Shown here piece by piece: positions 28,479 through 37,153 of a stretch of 37,272 nucleotides of DNA. Below the pieces are notes generated by a model that saw nothing but the letters and a program-made list of their open reading frames with translations, searched no databases and was not told the origin of the DNA. Both the position numbers and the translations under genes were made by a program. Position 1 is the stretch's first letter; the number at the start of each line of letters is the position of its first letter. The stretch comes from a virus (Duplodnaviria; Caudoviricetes), in the IMG/VR virus record IMGVR_UViG_3300033067_001011, positions 1 to 37,272 of that record, one strand, 5' to 3'.

Positions 28479-28841
28479 ATGGCATTATTAACAATCGGTG
28501 CAACAGCTATAACTCCCGAGCCTTCAAGTTATGATTTTAAAATATCGGACATAACAGAAGCTTCAAGAAATGCGAGTGGAACACTTATAGCTGAATTAAT
28601 TACAACTAAAGTTAGTATAGATATAACATGGTCATACTTAACAAACGCTCAATATGTTGCTATACTTGCTTTATTTTCAACATTCTTTTTTTCTGTTACT
28701 TATCACGATGCTAGAACAGGAACTACAGCAACAAAAACAATGTATGTTGGAGATAGGTCAACAGGAATATTTAGATATAATAGTATTGGAAATAGCATCA
28801 CAGGGTGGAAAGATGTTAAGTTTTCACTAATTGAAAAGTAG
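28479..28841 (+). CDS. Distal tail protein (Dit-like)
   Basis: RNASGTL, TMYVGDRS, FSLIEK; follows TMP. Confidence 0.75.
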   Translation: MALLTIGATAITPEPSSYDFKISDITEASRNASGTLIAELITTKVSIDITWSYLTNAQYVAILALFSTFFFSVTYHDARTGTTATKTMYVGDRSTGIFRYNSIGNSITGWKDVKFSLIEK

Positions 28842-28849
28842 GTGAAGCA

Positions 28850-30622
28850 ATGCAAAATACAACACTTGGATTTGATTCTGAAATTGTAACACAGACAAAA
28901 GCTAGGGAAACAATAGCAAAAATAGTATTTACAGTTGAAGACGTAACGGCCAAACCTGATGTTACTCCAACGGCTACATCAACGGAAAGTATATCCGATG
29001 TTGAATATGCAGTTGATACTAATTTGACAGTTGATAAAAATTATGCAACATTTGAAACTAATAGATGGAGTTTAGGGGGTGGATTTCAATTACTGTCCTC
29101 TTCGGCTCCTTATTCTTCGATGGGTTGGTGGAGCGATGCACTAAGTTCAACGGTTGCAAAAACATTTACACCAAATATTACATTTACTTGCACATTTACA
29201 ACTAATCATTCAAGTTTAGGCATTACAATAAATTGGGATACAACAAATAATGAATATGCTGAAGATTTTGCCGTTGTATTTTATGATAGTGGCGATAATA
29301 TAATAGAGTTTTTCAGCGTATCAGGAAATACTAAAGCAATATATTCAAATAGCACAGCCGTTAATAATTATCGTAAAATTGAAATAGTAATTTCAAAATG
29401 GTGTTTGGGCGATAGACGAGCAAGAATTGAGGAAATAATATTCGGAATAATCGAAACATTTACAAGAAATAGTAAATTAATAACTTGTAAAGTTGTTGAA
29501 CAGATTGATATTACAAGTGCAACAATACCCGCAAATCAATTAAATTTTGTTGTGGATAATCAAGACCAAACTTATAATATTTTAAATCCGACAGGTATTT
29601 ATTCATATTTGCAGGAACAACAAAAAATTGAAGTGTATATGGGTTGTAATTTATCAGGTGTTGAAGAATATAAAAATATGGGAACATTTTACCTTGACGA
29701 TTGGAAAACCGAAGAAAATAGACTTACAGCAACATTTACAGGTTTAGACAGATTAAATTTATTAAATGCCAGAACATATTATAAGGGTTTATCTCAATCA
29801 ATAAGTTTATACGATTTGGCTGAGGATGTTTTATTGGATTTTGGGTTAACATCGCTAGATTATAATATTGACACAGCCTTACAATCAATAACCATGACGA
29901 ATTTTTTACCTATTTGCACTTATCGTGAAGCACTTCAAAAAATAGCAATAGCTGGAGAATGTGTGTTATATGTCGATAGAAATAATAAAATACAAATAGT
30001 AAGACCAACGGTTATAAATTCAGGTAAAGATATTACTTTTTTAAATTCTTATAATGTACCAAAAATTGAACTTGATAAAGTTATAAAACAAATTGACGTT
30101 AAGTTATACAACTATATATCGTCAGCAGATACAACAGATATATTTTCAGGCACTATATATATAAACGGATCATCTACAATATGGATAACTTATGATTCAC
30201 CTGCAACAAATGTATCAGCTACGGTTGACACAGGCTCTATTACATCAGCTACTTATTATACCAATGCTTGTTTATTGTCTATAACTAGCACAGGCGATAC
30301 AATTATAAACGTAACAGGAAAAGTTATAACAGTTTCAAGCAATCCAATATCCTCTACAATAGCAAGTGATGGTTCAGTAATTACAGTTGATTCGCAATTA
30401 ATAACATCAAGTTTAAGGGCCTTATCCGTTGCAACTTGGGTTAATACAGAATTGCAAAAACGCAAATTATTTACTTCAACATGGCGTGGCAATCCTGCGT
30501 TTGAATTAACTGATATAATAGGTATAGAAAATCAATTTGCAACATATAACGACACAAGAATTATTGAACAAGAATATGAATACACTGGTGCTCTAAAATG
30601 TAATACAAAAACAAGGGGGTGA
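28850..30622 (+). CDS. Tail hub / baseplate (Tal-like) protein
   Basis: 590 aa; MGTFYLDDW, REALQKIAIA, WRGNPAFELTD. Confidence 0.75.
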   Translation: MQNTTLGFDSEIVTQTKARETIAKIVFTVEDVTAKPDVTPTATSTESISDVEYAVDTNLTVDKNYATFETNRWSLGGGFQLLSSSAPYSSMGWWSDALSSTVAKTFTPNITFTCTFTTNHSSLGITINWDTTNNEYAEDFAVVFYDSGDNIIEFFSVSGNTKAIYSNSTAVNNYRKIEIVISKWCLGDRRARIEEIIFGIIETFTRNSKLITCKVVEQIDITSATIPANQLNFVVDNQDQTYNILNPTGIYSYLQEQQKIEVYMGCNLSGVEEYKNMGTFYLDDWKTEENRLTATFTGLDRLNLLNARTYYKGLSQSISLYDLAEDVLLDFGLTSLDYNIDTALQSITMTNFLPICTYREALQKIAIAGECVLYVDRNNKIQIVRPTVINSGKDITFLNSYNVPKIELDKVIKQIDVKLYNYISSADTTDIFSGTIYINGSSTIWITYDSPATNVSATVDTGSITSATYYTNACLLSITSTGDTIINVTGKVITVSSNPISSTIASDGSVITVDSQLITSSLRALSVATWVNTELQKRKLFTSTWRGNPAFELTDIIGIENQFATYNDTRIIEQEYEYTGALKCNTKTRG

Positions 30623-30628
30623 AGTTAA

Positions 30629-31048
30629 GTGGCTTGGATAACATCGGTTACAGATAGAACATCCTCAAGTTATTATAATATTACAGATGCAAATAGAGTT
30701 GATAACAATACAAGATATTTAGAATCGTATGCTGAAAGTAATTTAAATTTTAATATTACTCTTGATGCTTATACAACAGCAACAGTTGATACATTACCGA
30801 CAGTTGCATTAATTAACTTGCTAGAAAACAATATTAATACCGTTCGTGATGGTTTGACATATGACCCTTTGAGTTGGGTAACATTACTTGAAAATTGGAT
30901 AAAAGATACAAATGATGTTTTTATTTATACAAATGCAAATAATTTAGAAACCGATTTAGATTTACTTAAACTCAATTTTGAGCAAATAAATGATGGTTTA
31001 CGCAAATGTGGAACATTTAATACAGGATCAAAAATGACTAAACTTTAA
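30629..31048 (+). CDS. Tail / baseplate protein
   Basis: GTG start; YNITDANRVDNN motif; synteny. Confidence 0.65.
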   Translation: MAWITSVTDRTSSSYYNITDANRVDNNTRYLESYAESNLNFNITLDAYTTATVDTLPTVALINLLENNINTVRDGLTYDPLSWVTLLENWIKDTNDVFIYTNANNLETDLDLLKLNFEQINDGLRKCGTFNTGSKMTKL

Positions 31049-31060
31049 GGGGTGATTATA

Positions 31061-32614
31061 TTGGCTTTGACTGATTATACAAAAACAACATGGATTGATA
31101 GAAATGTTTCTACTCCAAACGATTATGTTATAACAAAAAGTGGAGGTGGTTCAATAGATTCGGGAAATACTGTTACAATGACAACAAGTGATGGAGTTGT
31201 AACAGAAGCAGGAACAGGAGTAACAGCTAGTAACCTAAATAAAATTGAAACTCAAATTGACGAATTAACATCCGAAGCAATAAGAATAAATCCAATATTA
31301 GATGGCAACATGAGTGAATATGGATTTAATGGTTCAATATTAACAAATGTAAGTGTTACAAATAATATTTTAGAATTAAGTTCATCAATTATTAATAGAA
31401 CACCACCACAAAAAACAATAACACTTGCAGGTGGATGTTCTATTTCAACGGCACAAAGTGTTTTTGGTGGTAGTTGTATTTATAATGCAGGAGCATCACA
31501 ATATGTTGAAATAGCTGATAACAATGACTTTGATTTTGGTACTGGGGATTTTACAGTTGAAATGAGAGCAAGATTTGTAGAATTACCTACAACAAACAAT
31601 ACACGAATATTATATAGACATTTGCAAAGTGCTAGTAATTATATACAATTAAGTATTCTAAATGATAATGGTACTTATAAATGGAGAATATCAGCTAATG
31701 ATGGTTCTATAAGCGTTGATGACTATACTATAACTTGTAGTTGTGGAACGGATACGTGGTATTACATAATGTTTGTTAGAAGTAGTGGAAATTTAAAAAT
31801 ATATCTTGACGGTACAAAAATCGGATCTGATATTTCTTTAGGTAATAATATTTCAATATCGGGAGTTATATCCTTATTTGGGGCTAATAGTGGATTAAAT
31901 TCTAATGGATATTTTGACGAAATAAGAGTTTCAAATAATGCAAGACAAACAGGCTCATCATTTACTGTTCCAACAAGTGCATATATTGCTGATGATAATA
32001 CAATACTTCTAATCCATGCTGATGGTACAAATGGAGCAACTACAACAACAGATGATATTAGTTATACTGTTGTTAATACAACAGGAAATTGCATTAAAAC
32101 ATATACTCCATTAGATATTCAAAAATGGATAAATGCAAAATATACAATAACAGCTGGTTCAGTTGGTTCTACTGTAAACTGTAAAGTATTAAGTTCAACG
32201 GATACTGTAATTATTGATGATTTATATTCTTTAGAAGATTTATCGACAATAGATATTAATACTTATAATATAATAAAATTAAAATGGACATTAACAAGAG
32301 TAAATGGCTCAGATACAAGTCCAAAAATTTTATATCCAAGATTATTGTGGGAGGGTTCAAAATATTTGACTGAATCATCAACTTATAATCCTGTTTCACT
32401 AACAGCTGGAAGTCAAACAAGCACAACAGTTACTGTAACAGGTGCTGAACTTGGAGATTATGTTTCATGTAGTTTTAATTTAGATTTAGCTTTAATACAA
32501 GTAACTACATATGTATCAGCAACTAATACCGTTACAGTTGTTTTAAGAAATGGAACAGCTGGAACAATAGATTTATCAAGTGGTACTTTAATCGTTAAAG
32601 TTTGGAGGTATTAA
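31061..32614 (+). CDS. Receptor-binding / tail fibre protein with LamG domain (start could be GTG31052)
   Basis: ASNLNKIE anchor, FGTGDFTVE..WYYIMFVRS..GYFDEIRVS LamG, C-terminal YNPVSL..GAELGDYV domain. Confidence 0.8.
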   Translation: MALTDYTKTTWIDRNVSTPNDYVITKSGGGSIDSGNTVTMTTSDGVVTEAGTGVTASNLNKIETQIDELTSEAIRINPILDGNMSEYGFNGSILTNVSVTNNILELSSSIINRTPPQKTITLAGGCSISTAQSVFGGSCIYNAGASQYVEIADNNDFDFGTGDFTVEMRARFVELPTTNNTRILYRHLQSASNYIQLSILNDNGTYKWRISANDGSISVDDYTITCSCGTDTWYYIMFVRSSGNLKIYLDGTKIGSDISLGNNISISGVISLFGANSGLNSNGYFDEIRVSNNARQTGSSFTVPTSAYIADDNTILLIHADGTNGATTTTDDISYTVVNTTGNCIKTYTPLDIQKWINAKYTITAGSVGSTVNCKVLSSTDTVIIDDLYSLEDLSTIDINTYNIIKLKWTLTRVNGSDTSPKILYPRLLWEGSKYLTESSTYNPVSLTAGSQTSTTVTVTGAELGDYVSCSFNLDLALIQVTTYVSATNTVTVVLRNGTAGTIDLSSGTLIVKVWRY

Positions 32615-32615
32615 T

Positions 32616-32816
32616 GTGAAAAATTTAAAATGGTCAAAAATAGAAAATCCATTAGAAGATATAACAAAAAAAATAAAAAATGATATTATAAATATTGAGG
32701 GAAAAATAAATTTAAAAATACAAAATGAAATTGATCTATTTGAAGAAAAAATAAATTTAAAAATACAAAACGATATTATAATATTACAAAATGAAACAAT
32801 AAACAAAATAGTATAA
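32616..32816 (+). CDS. Hypothetical protein with internal 15-aa duplication
   Basis: RBS ggagg, GTG start; 24-bp direct repeat at 32702 and 32747. Confidence 0.5.
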   Translation: MKNLKWSKIENPLEDITKKIKNDIINIEGKINLKIQNEIDLFEEKINLKIQNDIIILQNETINKIV

Positions 32817-32841
32817 TTTTAATTATAATGGGGGTGATTTT

Positions 32842-33060
32842 TTGGCACAACATATTTGTGAAAAACAAGACGTTTTAAAAACAATATGCGAAAAGTTAGA
32901 AAAGCTAGAAAAGGAGAGGGAAAAATTGACAATAGACATGACATTATTAATTGACAAAGTCGATAGTTTAATCTCAATGTTAAAAGTAATAGGTGTTTTG
33001 TTTGGTGGTGCAATTATAACGGCATTTGGATTTTTAATCACTTATTGGGTTAAAGGATAG
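32842..33060 (+). CDS. XhlA-like lysis-associated membrane protein
   Basis: Coiled coil plus C-terminal TM; directly before holin. Confidence 0.65.
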   Translation: MAQHICEKQDVLKTICEKLEKLEKEREKLTIDMTLLIDKVDSLISMLKVIGVLFGGAIITAFGFLITYWVKG

Positions 33061-33082
33061 TTAATTTAAAGGAGGTTTTATT

Positions 33083-33274
33083 ATGAATTATATTACACAG
33101 AATAGGTTTAAAAGTCCACTTGCATGGGTTAGTTTAATAAGTTTAATAACTTTCATATTGAAAAACTATTACAATGTTGAAATACCAAACGTTGATATGC
33201 TTGTTGATTTGATATTATCGGTATTAACGGGATTTGGGATATTAAATAATCCTACAAGTAAGGATAATTTTTGA
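33083..33274 (+). CDS. Holin
   Basis: QNRFKS..W, two TMs, GILNNPT. Confidence 0.85.
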   Translation: MNYITQNRFKSPLAWVSLISLITFILKNYYNVEIPNVDMLVDLILSVLTGFGILNNPTSKDNF

Positions 33275-33292
33275 GAATAGGAGAATAAAAAA

Positions 33293-33928
33293 ATGAATAT
33301 TGTACATCCACAAATAAGATTTAAAAATCCTTTGATAGCTTTAGACTTAAATAATATAACAGCTATAATATTACACCATATACAAGCAAAAGTTGCTACA
33401 GCTGAAACTATAAACGAATGGCACATTGCAAATGGTTGGAGTGGAATTGGTTATAATGAATATATTAGAAAAGATGGAACTGTTTATATTTGCAGGGGTG
33501 ATTATGTTGGCTCTCATTGTCAAGGGCAAAATTCCAAAACTTACGGAATAGCTGTTGAGGGTGATTATGATACAGAATCGATAATGCCGAACGAACAAAA
33601 GAGGTCTTTAGTTGAGCGAATCAAATATAACAGGGCTAGATTTAAAAATCTCATTGGAGTTTTTCCACATAATTATTTTAACGATACCAAATGTCCAGGA
33701 AAGAATTTTCCGATTCAAGAAATCCTGGCACAAATCGAAAATAGAAAGGAGCCGGTTAAATTGTTCACAGAAGTAAAAGAAGCTATTCAATTTTTAATTG
33801 ACAGAGGTTCGATGAATAATCCTCTGTATTGGAAAAAGGCAATTGATGTTGTTTATAATCTTGATGATTTAATTATTAAATGGGCTAATGATATTGTTGA
33901 ATTAGAGTTAAAACTTGGTCAGAAGTAA
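33293..33928 (+). CDS. Endolysin, N-acetylmuramoyl-L-alanine amidase (Amidase_2)
   Basis: IILHH, GWSGIGY, GSHC, H..TKCPG. Confidence 0.92.
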   Translation: MNIVHPQIRFKNPLIALDLNNITAIILHHIQAKVATAETINEWHIANGWSGIGYNEYIRKDGTVYICRGDYVGSHCQGQNSKTYGIAVEGDYDTESIMPNEQKRSLVERIKYNRARFKNLIGVFPHNYFNDTKCPGKNFPIQEILAQIENRKEPVKLFTEVKEAIQFLIDRGSMNNPLYWKKAIDVVYNLDDLIIKWANDIVELELKLGQK

Positions 33929-33939
33929 GCAAATAACGC

Positions 33940-33983
33940 AAAAACCACTCATTTTATCTCTTGATAATTTGGGTGGTTTTTTT
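33940..33983 (+). terminator. Terminator after lysin (possibly bidirectional)
   Basis: aaaaccactc...gggtggtttt plus T-run. Confidence 0.7.
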
Positions 33984-34031
33984 ATTGTTTTATAAAAGTA
34001 TTGGAATAGAGCCGTTTTTAAACCTTTTTCA

Positions 34032-34061
34032 CATTATACAAAATTAAAGTTTTGTATAATG
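34032..34061. other. Perfect 12-bp inverted repeat with 6-bp spacer (recombinase-core-like or operator site)
   Basis: CATTATACAAAA-TTAAAG-TTTTGTATAATG. Confidence 0.55.
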
Positions 34062-34071
34062 ATAGAGTAGC

Positions 34072-34108
34072 AAAAAAAATAAGGCCCTTTTTTAAGGGGC
34101 TTGTTTTT
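34072..34108 (-). terminator. Bidirectional terminator ending the leftward operon
   Basis: A-run, aaggccctt/aaggggctt stem (one mismatch), T-run. Confidence 0.65.
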
Positions 34109-34703
34109 ATAAATCTATTATTTTTTGAATATATTTAATCGCTTCAACATATTCAATGTAGTGCTTTTCACCTTCTTTATATGTTTTTTTTATTCGATTT
34201 TCAAATTCTTCTATATTTCCAAAAAAACATCCACATCGAACAAATAAACCTTCTTCGCATTCAAAAAAATATGTACATGCGTTTCTGCTTCCTATGTTGT
34301 CTATTTTTTTCATTGATAATAATTTATGTTTTGATTCTATTGTACACCCTTCGGCAAATCTACACCATTCGGCAAAGCTACAGCATTCGGCAAAGCTACA
34401 GCATTCGGCAAAGCTACAGCATTTGGCAAATCTACACCCTTCGGCAAATCTACACCCTTTGGCAAAGCTACACCCTTCGGCAAAGCTACAGCATTCGGCA
34501 AATCTACACCCTTCGGCAAAGCTACACCCTTTGGCAAAGCTACACCCTTCGGCAAATCTACACCCTTCGGCAAATCTACAGCATTCGGCAAAGCTACACC
34601 ATTCGGCAAAACTATTCATTAATGAATAATCTCCTGTTGGACATTTTTTTATTTCATCTATTATTTCAAAATTATTAAATTCTTCTTGTGTTATTTTTCT
34701 CAT
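34107..34703 (-). CDS. Cys-rich hexapeptide-repeat (beta-helix-like) phage protein
   Basis: 15 x (S/R)FA(E/K)(G/C/W)C plus C-terminal IGSRN..VRCGCFFG domain; RBS aggag. Confidence 0.8.
   Translation of the reverse strand: MRKITQEEFNNFEIIDEIKKCPTGDYSLMNSFAEWCSFAECCRFAEGCRFAEGCSFAKGCSFAEGCRFAECCSFAEGCSFAKGCRFAEGCRFAKCCSFAECCSFAECCSFAEWCRFAEGCTIESKHKLLSMKKIDNIGSRNACTYFFECEEGLFVRCGCFFGNIEEFENRIKKTYKEGEKHYIEYVEAIKYIQKIIDL
34344..34613 (-). repeat. 15 x 18-bp coding tandem repeat
   Basis: (t/c)ggcaaa(g/t)ctaca.. units, in frame with 34107-34703. Confidence 0.9.
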
Positions 34704-34716
34704 TTTTATTCTCCTT

Positions 34717-34875
34717 TTAATTATAAAATTTAACTTCGTGCTGTGTACCTTTATAATTTATAGTATATATTGTATTACTTTGATATATATCAATGCTGAT
34801 TATTCTTATATCGTTTTTATCTACTTCATCGCATGGGTATTTTTTTTCTATTTCTTCTTTTATTTTTTCTTTCAT
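34717..34875 (-). CDS. Hypothetical protein (52 aa)
   Basis: RBS aaggag; MKEKIKEEIEKKYPCDE.. Confidence 0.6.
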   Translation of the reverse strand: MKEKIKEEIEKKYPCDEVDKNDIRIISIDIYQSNTIYTINYKGTQHEVKFYN

Positions 34876-34897
34876 AATATTTTATTCTCCTTTTAAT

Positions 34898-35038
34898 TTA
34901 ATTTAGTTTTATTCTATCCAATTTATTTTTGTAGCAATTTTTGCAAATATGATAAATTTGTGTTATTTTAAATTCTGATACATAAGTCAATAATTCTATT
35001 TCTTTTTTTGCTATGCTACATATTATACAATATCGCAT
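34898..35038 (-). CDS. Zn-finger microprotein (46 aa; CIIC...CKNC)
   Basis: RBS aaggag; two CxxC motifs. Confidence 0.6.
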   Translation of the reverse strand: MRYCIICSIAKKEIELLTYVSEFKITQIYHICKNCYKNKLDRIKLN

Positions 35039-35053
35039 TTATTTATCTCCTTT

Positions 35054-35227
35054 TTATCTACTTAATTTATTTTGTAACTCTTTGTTACTTTTATTTATTT
35101 GGGTTTTTAAATCATTTGTTGATTTGTTTATTTGATTTTTTGATTCTGAGTAACTTTTATCAATTTGTTTGGCTATACCTAGATTATCCTTAACGAAAGT
35201 GAATGGATTACTATTCCAAAGACTCAT
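35054..35227 (-). CDS. Small coiled-coil protein (57 aa)
   Basis: RBS aaggagg; MSLWNSNPF.. Confidence 0.6.
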   Translation of the reverse strand: MSLWNSNPFTFVKDNLGIAKQIDKSYSESKNQINKSTNDLKTQINKSNKELQNKLSR

Positions 35228-35228
35228 G

Positions 35229-35690
35229 TTAATATCCTCCTTCGCCTATTTCGATTTTATTTTTTGAGTGTTTAAACGGTATTTCTAACGCTTCACAAAT
35301 CTTTGAGAGTTGTATATAATAACTTCCACTAACCTTTTGTGGTGCGAAATCCATATATACACCGTTTTCATTTCCGTAAACATATATACAACTTGATTTT
35401 TTGCTAATCATTATGAATCTTTTTCCTCTAGTCATAGAAATTAGATTCCATGATTTTTTTACTTTAATTCCTGCTATTTTGTCGTGTAAACTGTTTACAT
35501 TTACTAGACATTTATTATCTTTTGTTATGTAGTCAACATTGGCTGTCTTAATTCCATAGTTGTAAAATTCAATTCCAGATGTCGCACTTGATGTTAGACT
35601 TGCAATATACAAAATTATCCCTGTTACTATTATAAATACTATTACCATTACTACCATTGTATTTTTTTCATTTCCAGTTACTTTTTTCAT
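35229..35690 (-). CDS. Membrane-anchored / secreted protein with copper-amine-oxidase N-terminal (stalk)-like domain
   Basis: N-terminal TM; FAPQKVSGSYYIQLSKICEALEIPF resembles the stalk-domain motif. Confidence 0.65.
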   Translation of the reverse strand: MKKVTGNEKNTMVVMVIVFIIVTGIILYIASLTSSATSGIEFYNYGIKTANVDYITKDNKCLVNVNSLHDKIAGIKVKKSWNLISMTRGKRFIMISKKSSCIYVYGNENGVYMDFAPQKVSGSYYIQLSKICEALEIPFKHSKNKIEIGEGGY

Positions 35691-35818
35691 TTTTTATTTT
35701 CCCCTCTCCAGCCATTTTTTAAAAACTTAAATAATATATTTCCTTTTTTTACACAATTTACGCATGTACCATTATAATGTATTCCCTCAATTTCACGTTT
35801 GCATTTTTTACATTTCAT
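35687..35818 (-). CDS. Zn-finger microprotein (43 aa; CKKC...CVNC)
   Basis: RBS gagga; ATGA overlaps on both sides. Confidence 0.6.
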   Translation of the reverse strand: MKCKKCKREIEGIHYNGTCVNCVKKGNILFKFLKNGWRGENKK

Positions 35819-36060
35819 AAACACGCTCCTCTTGACCAGTTATTTTTTGCAACTTTATCTTTCCTACATATAATGCCATTCTTGGTCAAATGTTGTCTAA
35901 AACTATATAAACAATCTAACCTAAAATATGTTGTACCAAACCACTTACAGAATAGGTCAAATGTCAATTCAGTTGCTTTTTCTTCAAATAACTTTCTATT
36001 TTCATTTACTAAATTTGTTATCTGTTGTTTAAAACTTATTCCAACGTATCTTCTCCCCAT
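35815..36060 (-). CDS. Hypothetical protein
   Basis: RBS aaggag; 81 aa. Confidence 0.65.
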   Translation of the reverse strand: MGRRYVGISFKQQITNLVNENRKLFEEKATELTFDLFCKWFGTTYFRLDCLYSFRQHLTKNGIICRKDKVAKNNWSRGACL

Positions 36061-36074
36061 GATTTTATTCTCCT

Positions 36075-36197
36075 TTACATATTTTTTTGTAAATTAGCAA
36101 TTGCACAAGCAAGACAAATACTTTTTCTTTTATCTTTTAATTCACGCTTACAATACTTACACTTTTTCTTTCTTTTCAAGAAATTAAACAGACTCAT
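36075..36197 (-). CDS. Zn-finger microprotein (40 aa; CKYC...CLAC)
   Basis: RBS aggagg; two CxxC motifs. Confidence 0.6.
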   Translation of the reverse strand: MSLFNFLKRKKKCKYCKRELKDKRKSICLACAIANLQKNM

Positions 36198-36210
36198 TTT
36201 TTATCCTCCT

Positions 36211-36348
36211 TTAACGCTGATTTAAATTCAGTTTTAAGCATTTTATTTCGGTTGACGGTGACATTTTGCCACCATTCATTGTTACCATTTTTTCATTTAC
36301 TTTTACATTGTGTATTGCTTGTGTTAATGCTTTTAGAAATTTTCCCAT
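36211..36348 (-). CDS. Hypothetical protein (45 aa)
   Basis: RBS ggagg; open frame in tightly packed operon. Confidence 0.5.
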   Translation of the reverse strand: MGKFLKALTQAIHNVKVNEKMVTMNGGKMSPSTEIKCLKLNLNQR

Positions 36349-36362
36349 TATTTTTCCTCCAT

Positions 36363-36557
36363 TTAACTTAATATTTTATTTAATAACATTAATATCTTTG
36401 GCATATATCCCAAGCCTTTTATACAAGCTAATGTTCCCCATAACACCAATGTTAATGGAATTACTTTACCAAGTAGTTTATTTTCAATGTCAGTCAAAGT
36501 TGTTAGTAGAAGAAAAACTGATAATAATGCTATTAATACTATTGTCATTATTGACAT
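36363..36557 (-). CDS. Small two-TM membrane protein
   Basis: RBS ggagg; two hydrophobic helices. Confidence 0.65.
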   Translation of the reverse strand: MSIMTIVLIALLSVFLLLTTLTDIENKLLGKVIPLTLVLWGTLACIKGLGYMPKILMLLNKILS

Positions 36558-36582
36558 TTTTTATTCCTCCCCATAATTTAAA

Positions 36583-36729
36583 TTATTTAAATGCTTTTTT
36601 TGCTTTTTCAATTATCTTTTCAAGTGGATTTTCTTTACGATATTTTTCATTTGATTGATTCGTTTTTTCTTGGGCCTCTAACCATTTTTTTTGTATTTCT
36701 GAAATTGTTATTTTTACAGATTCTCTCAT
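36583..36729 (-). CDS. Hypothetical protein (48 aa, MRESVKITISEIQKKW..)
   Basis: RBS aaggaga 8 nt upstream. Confidence 0.55.
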   Translation of the reverse strand: MRESVKITISEIQKKWLEAQEKTNQSNEKYRKENPLEKIIEKAKKAFK

Positions 36730-36810
36730 TTGACATATCTCCTTTCTTCTAGTATTATTAAATTATAAATTATTCCACTTCCACCTTTTCAAGAAGGTGG
36801 TTTTTCTTTT
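36730..36810 (+). ncRNA. Candidate ~45-nt antisense sRNA unit (promoter plus terminator)
   Basis: TTGACA(36730)-17-TATTAT(36753); hairpin ccacctt/aaggtgg plus U-tract on the + strand only. Confidence 0.35.
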
Positions 36811-36811
36811 A

Positions 36812-36973
36812 TTAATTTTCTTCTTTTATTAATGTTTCAATGTATGGAATTAATAAACTTCCATATGTTTCTTTCTTTTTTCCTAAGTATATTCCAAATG
36901 CATCAAATGTTTCTTTTGGTATTTTGAATATTATTGATGGTGTATTATCATCATGTTTTTTTCTTCTGCCCAT
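36812..36973 (-). CDS. Ribbon-helix-helix-like regulator (53 aa, MGRRKKHDDNTPSIIFKIPKETFDAF..)
   Basis: RBS aggggg; first gene of the leftward operon; RHH-like pattern. Confidence 0.6.
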   Translation of the reverse strand: MGRRKKHDDNTPSIIFKIPKETFDAFGIYLGKKKETYGSLLIPYIETLIKEEN

Positions 36974-37010
36974 TTTTGCCCACCCCCTTTCAATTTCTTA
37001 ACCTATTTTT

Positions 37011-37039
37011 AGTATACTATATATTTATTATATTGTCAA
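37011..37039 (-). promoter_or_regulatory. Leftward sigma-A promoter
   Basis: TTGACA-17-TATACT on the minus strand. Confidence 0.75.
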
Positions 37040-37092
37040 TATATATATTTTTTAAATATATTATAAATATGTTTTTCTTCTAATTAATATAT

Positions 37093-37126
37093 ATAAGTGA
37101 ATATATTGAAACATAAGTGAATATAT
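37093..37126 (+). promoter_or_regulatory. 14-bp direct repeat (ATAAGTGAATATAT x2, 20-bp period) upstream of the HTH gene
   Basis: Copies at 37093 and 37113, flanking TTGAAA. Confidence 0.55.
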
Positions 37127-37153
37127 GTTAATATATATACAGGAGGTGATTAA

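Noticed and set aside
695-30492. Numerous minus-strand ORFs of 60-130 aa in the track
   Set aside because: They lie opposite well-supported + strand genes and lack RBSs or recognisable motifs
31061-32614. Diversity-generating retroelement target
   Set aside because: No reverse transcriptase and no adenine-variant TR/VR pair seen
34344-34613. Possible CRISPR array
   Set aside because: Contiguous 18-bp units with no unique spacers, in frame within a protein, and no cas genes
34181-34678. Overlapping ORFs 34181-34678(+), 34294-34629(+) and 34337-34609(-)
   Set aside because: Shadow frames created by the stop-free repeat; only 34107-34703(-) has an RBS and non-repeat domains
36266-36658. 130-aa + strand ORF (also 35777-36097, 35008-35193, 36025-36225)
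   Set aside because: Antisense to a tightly packed RBS-led minus-strand operon; low-complexity hydrophobic shadows
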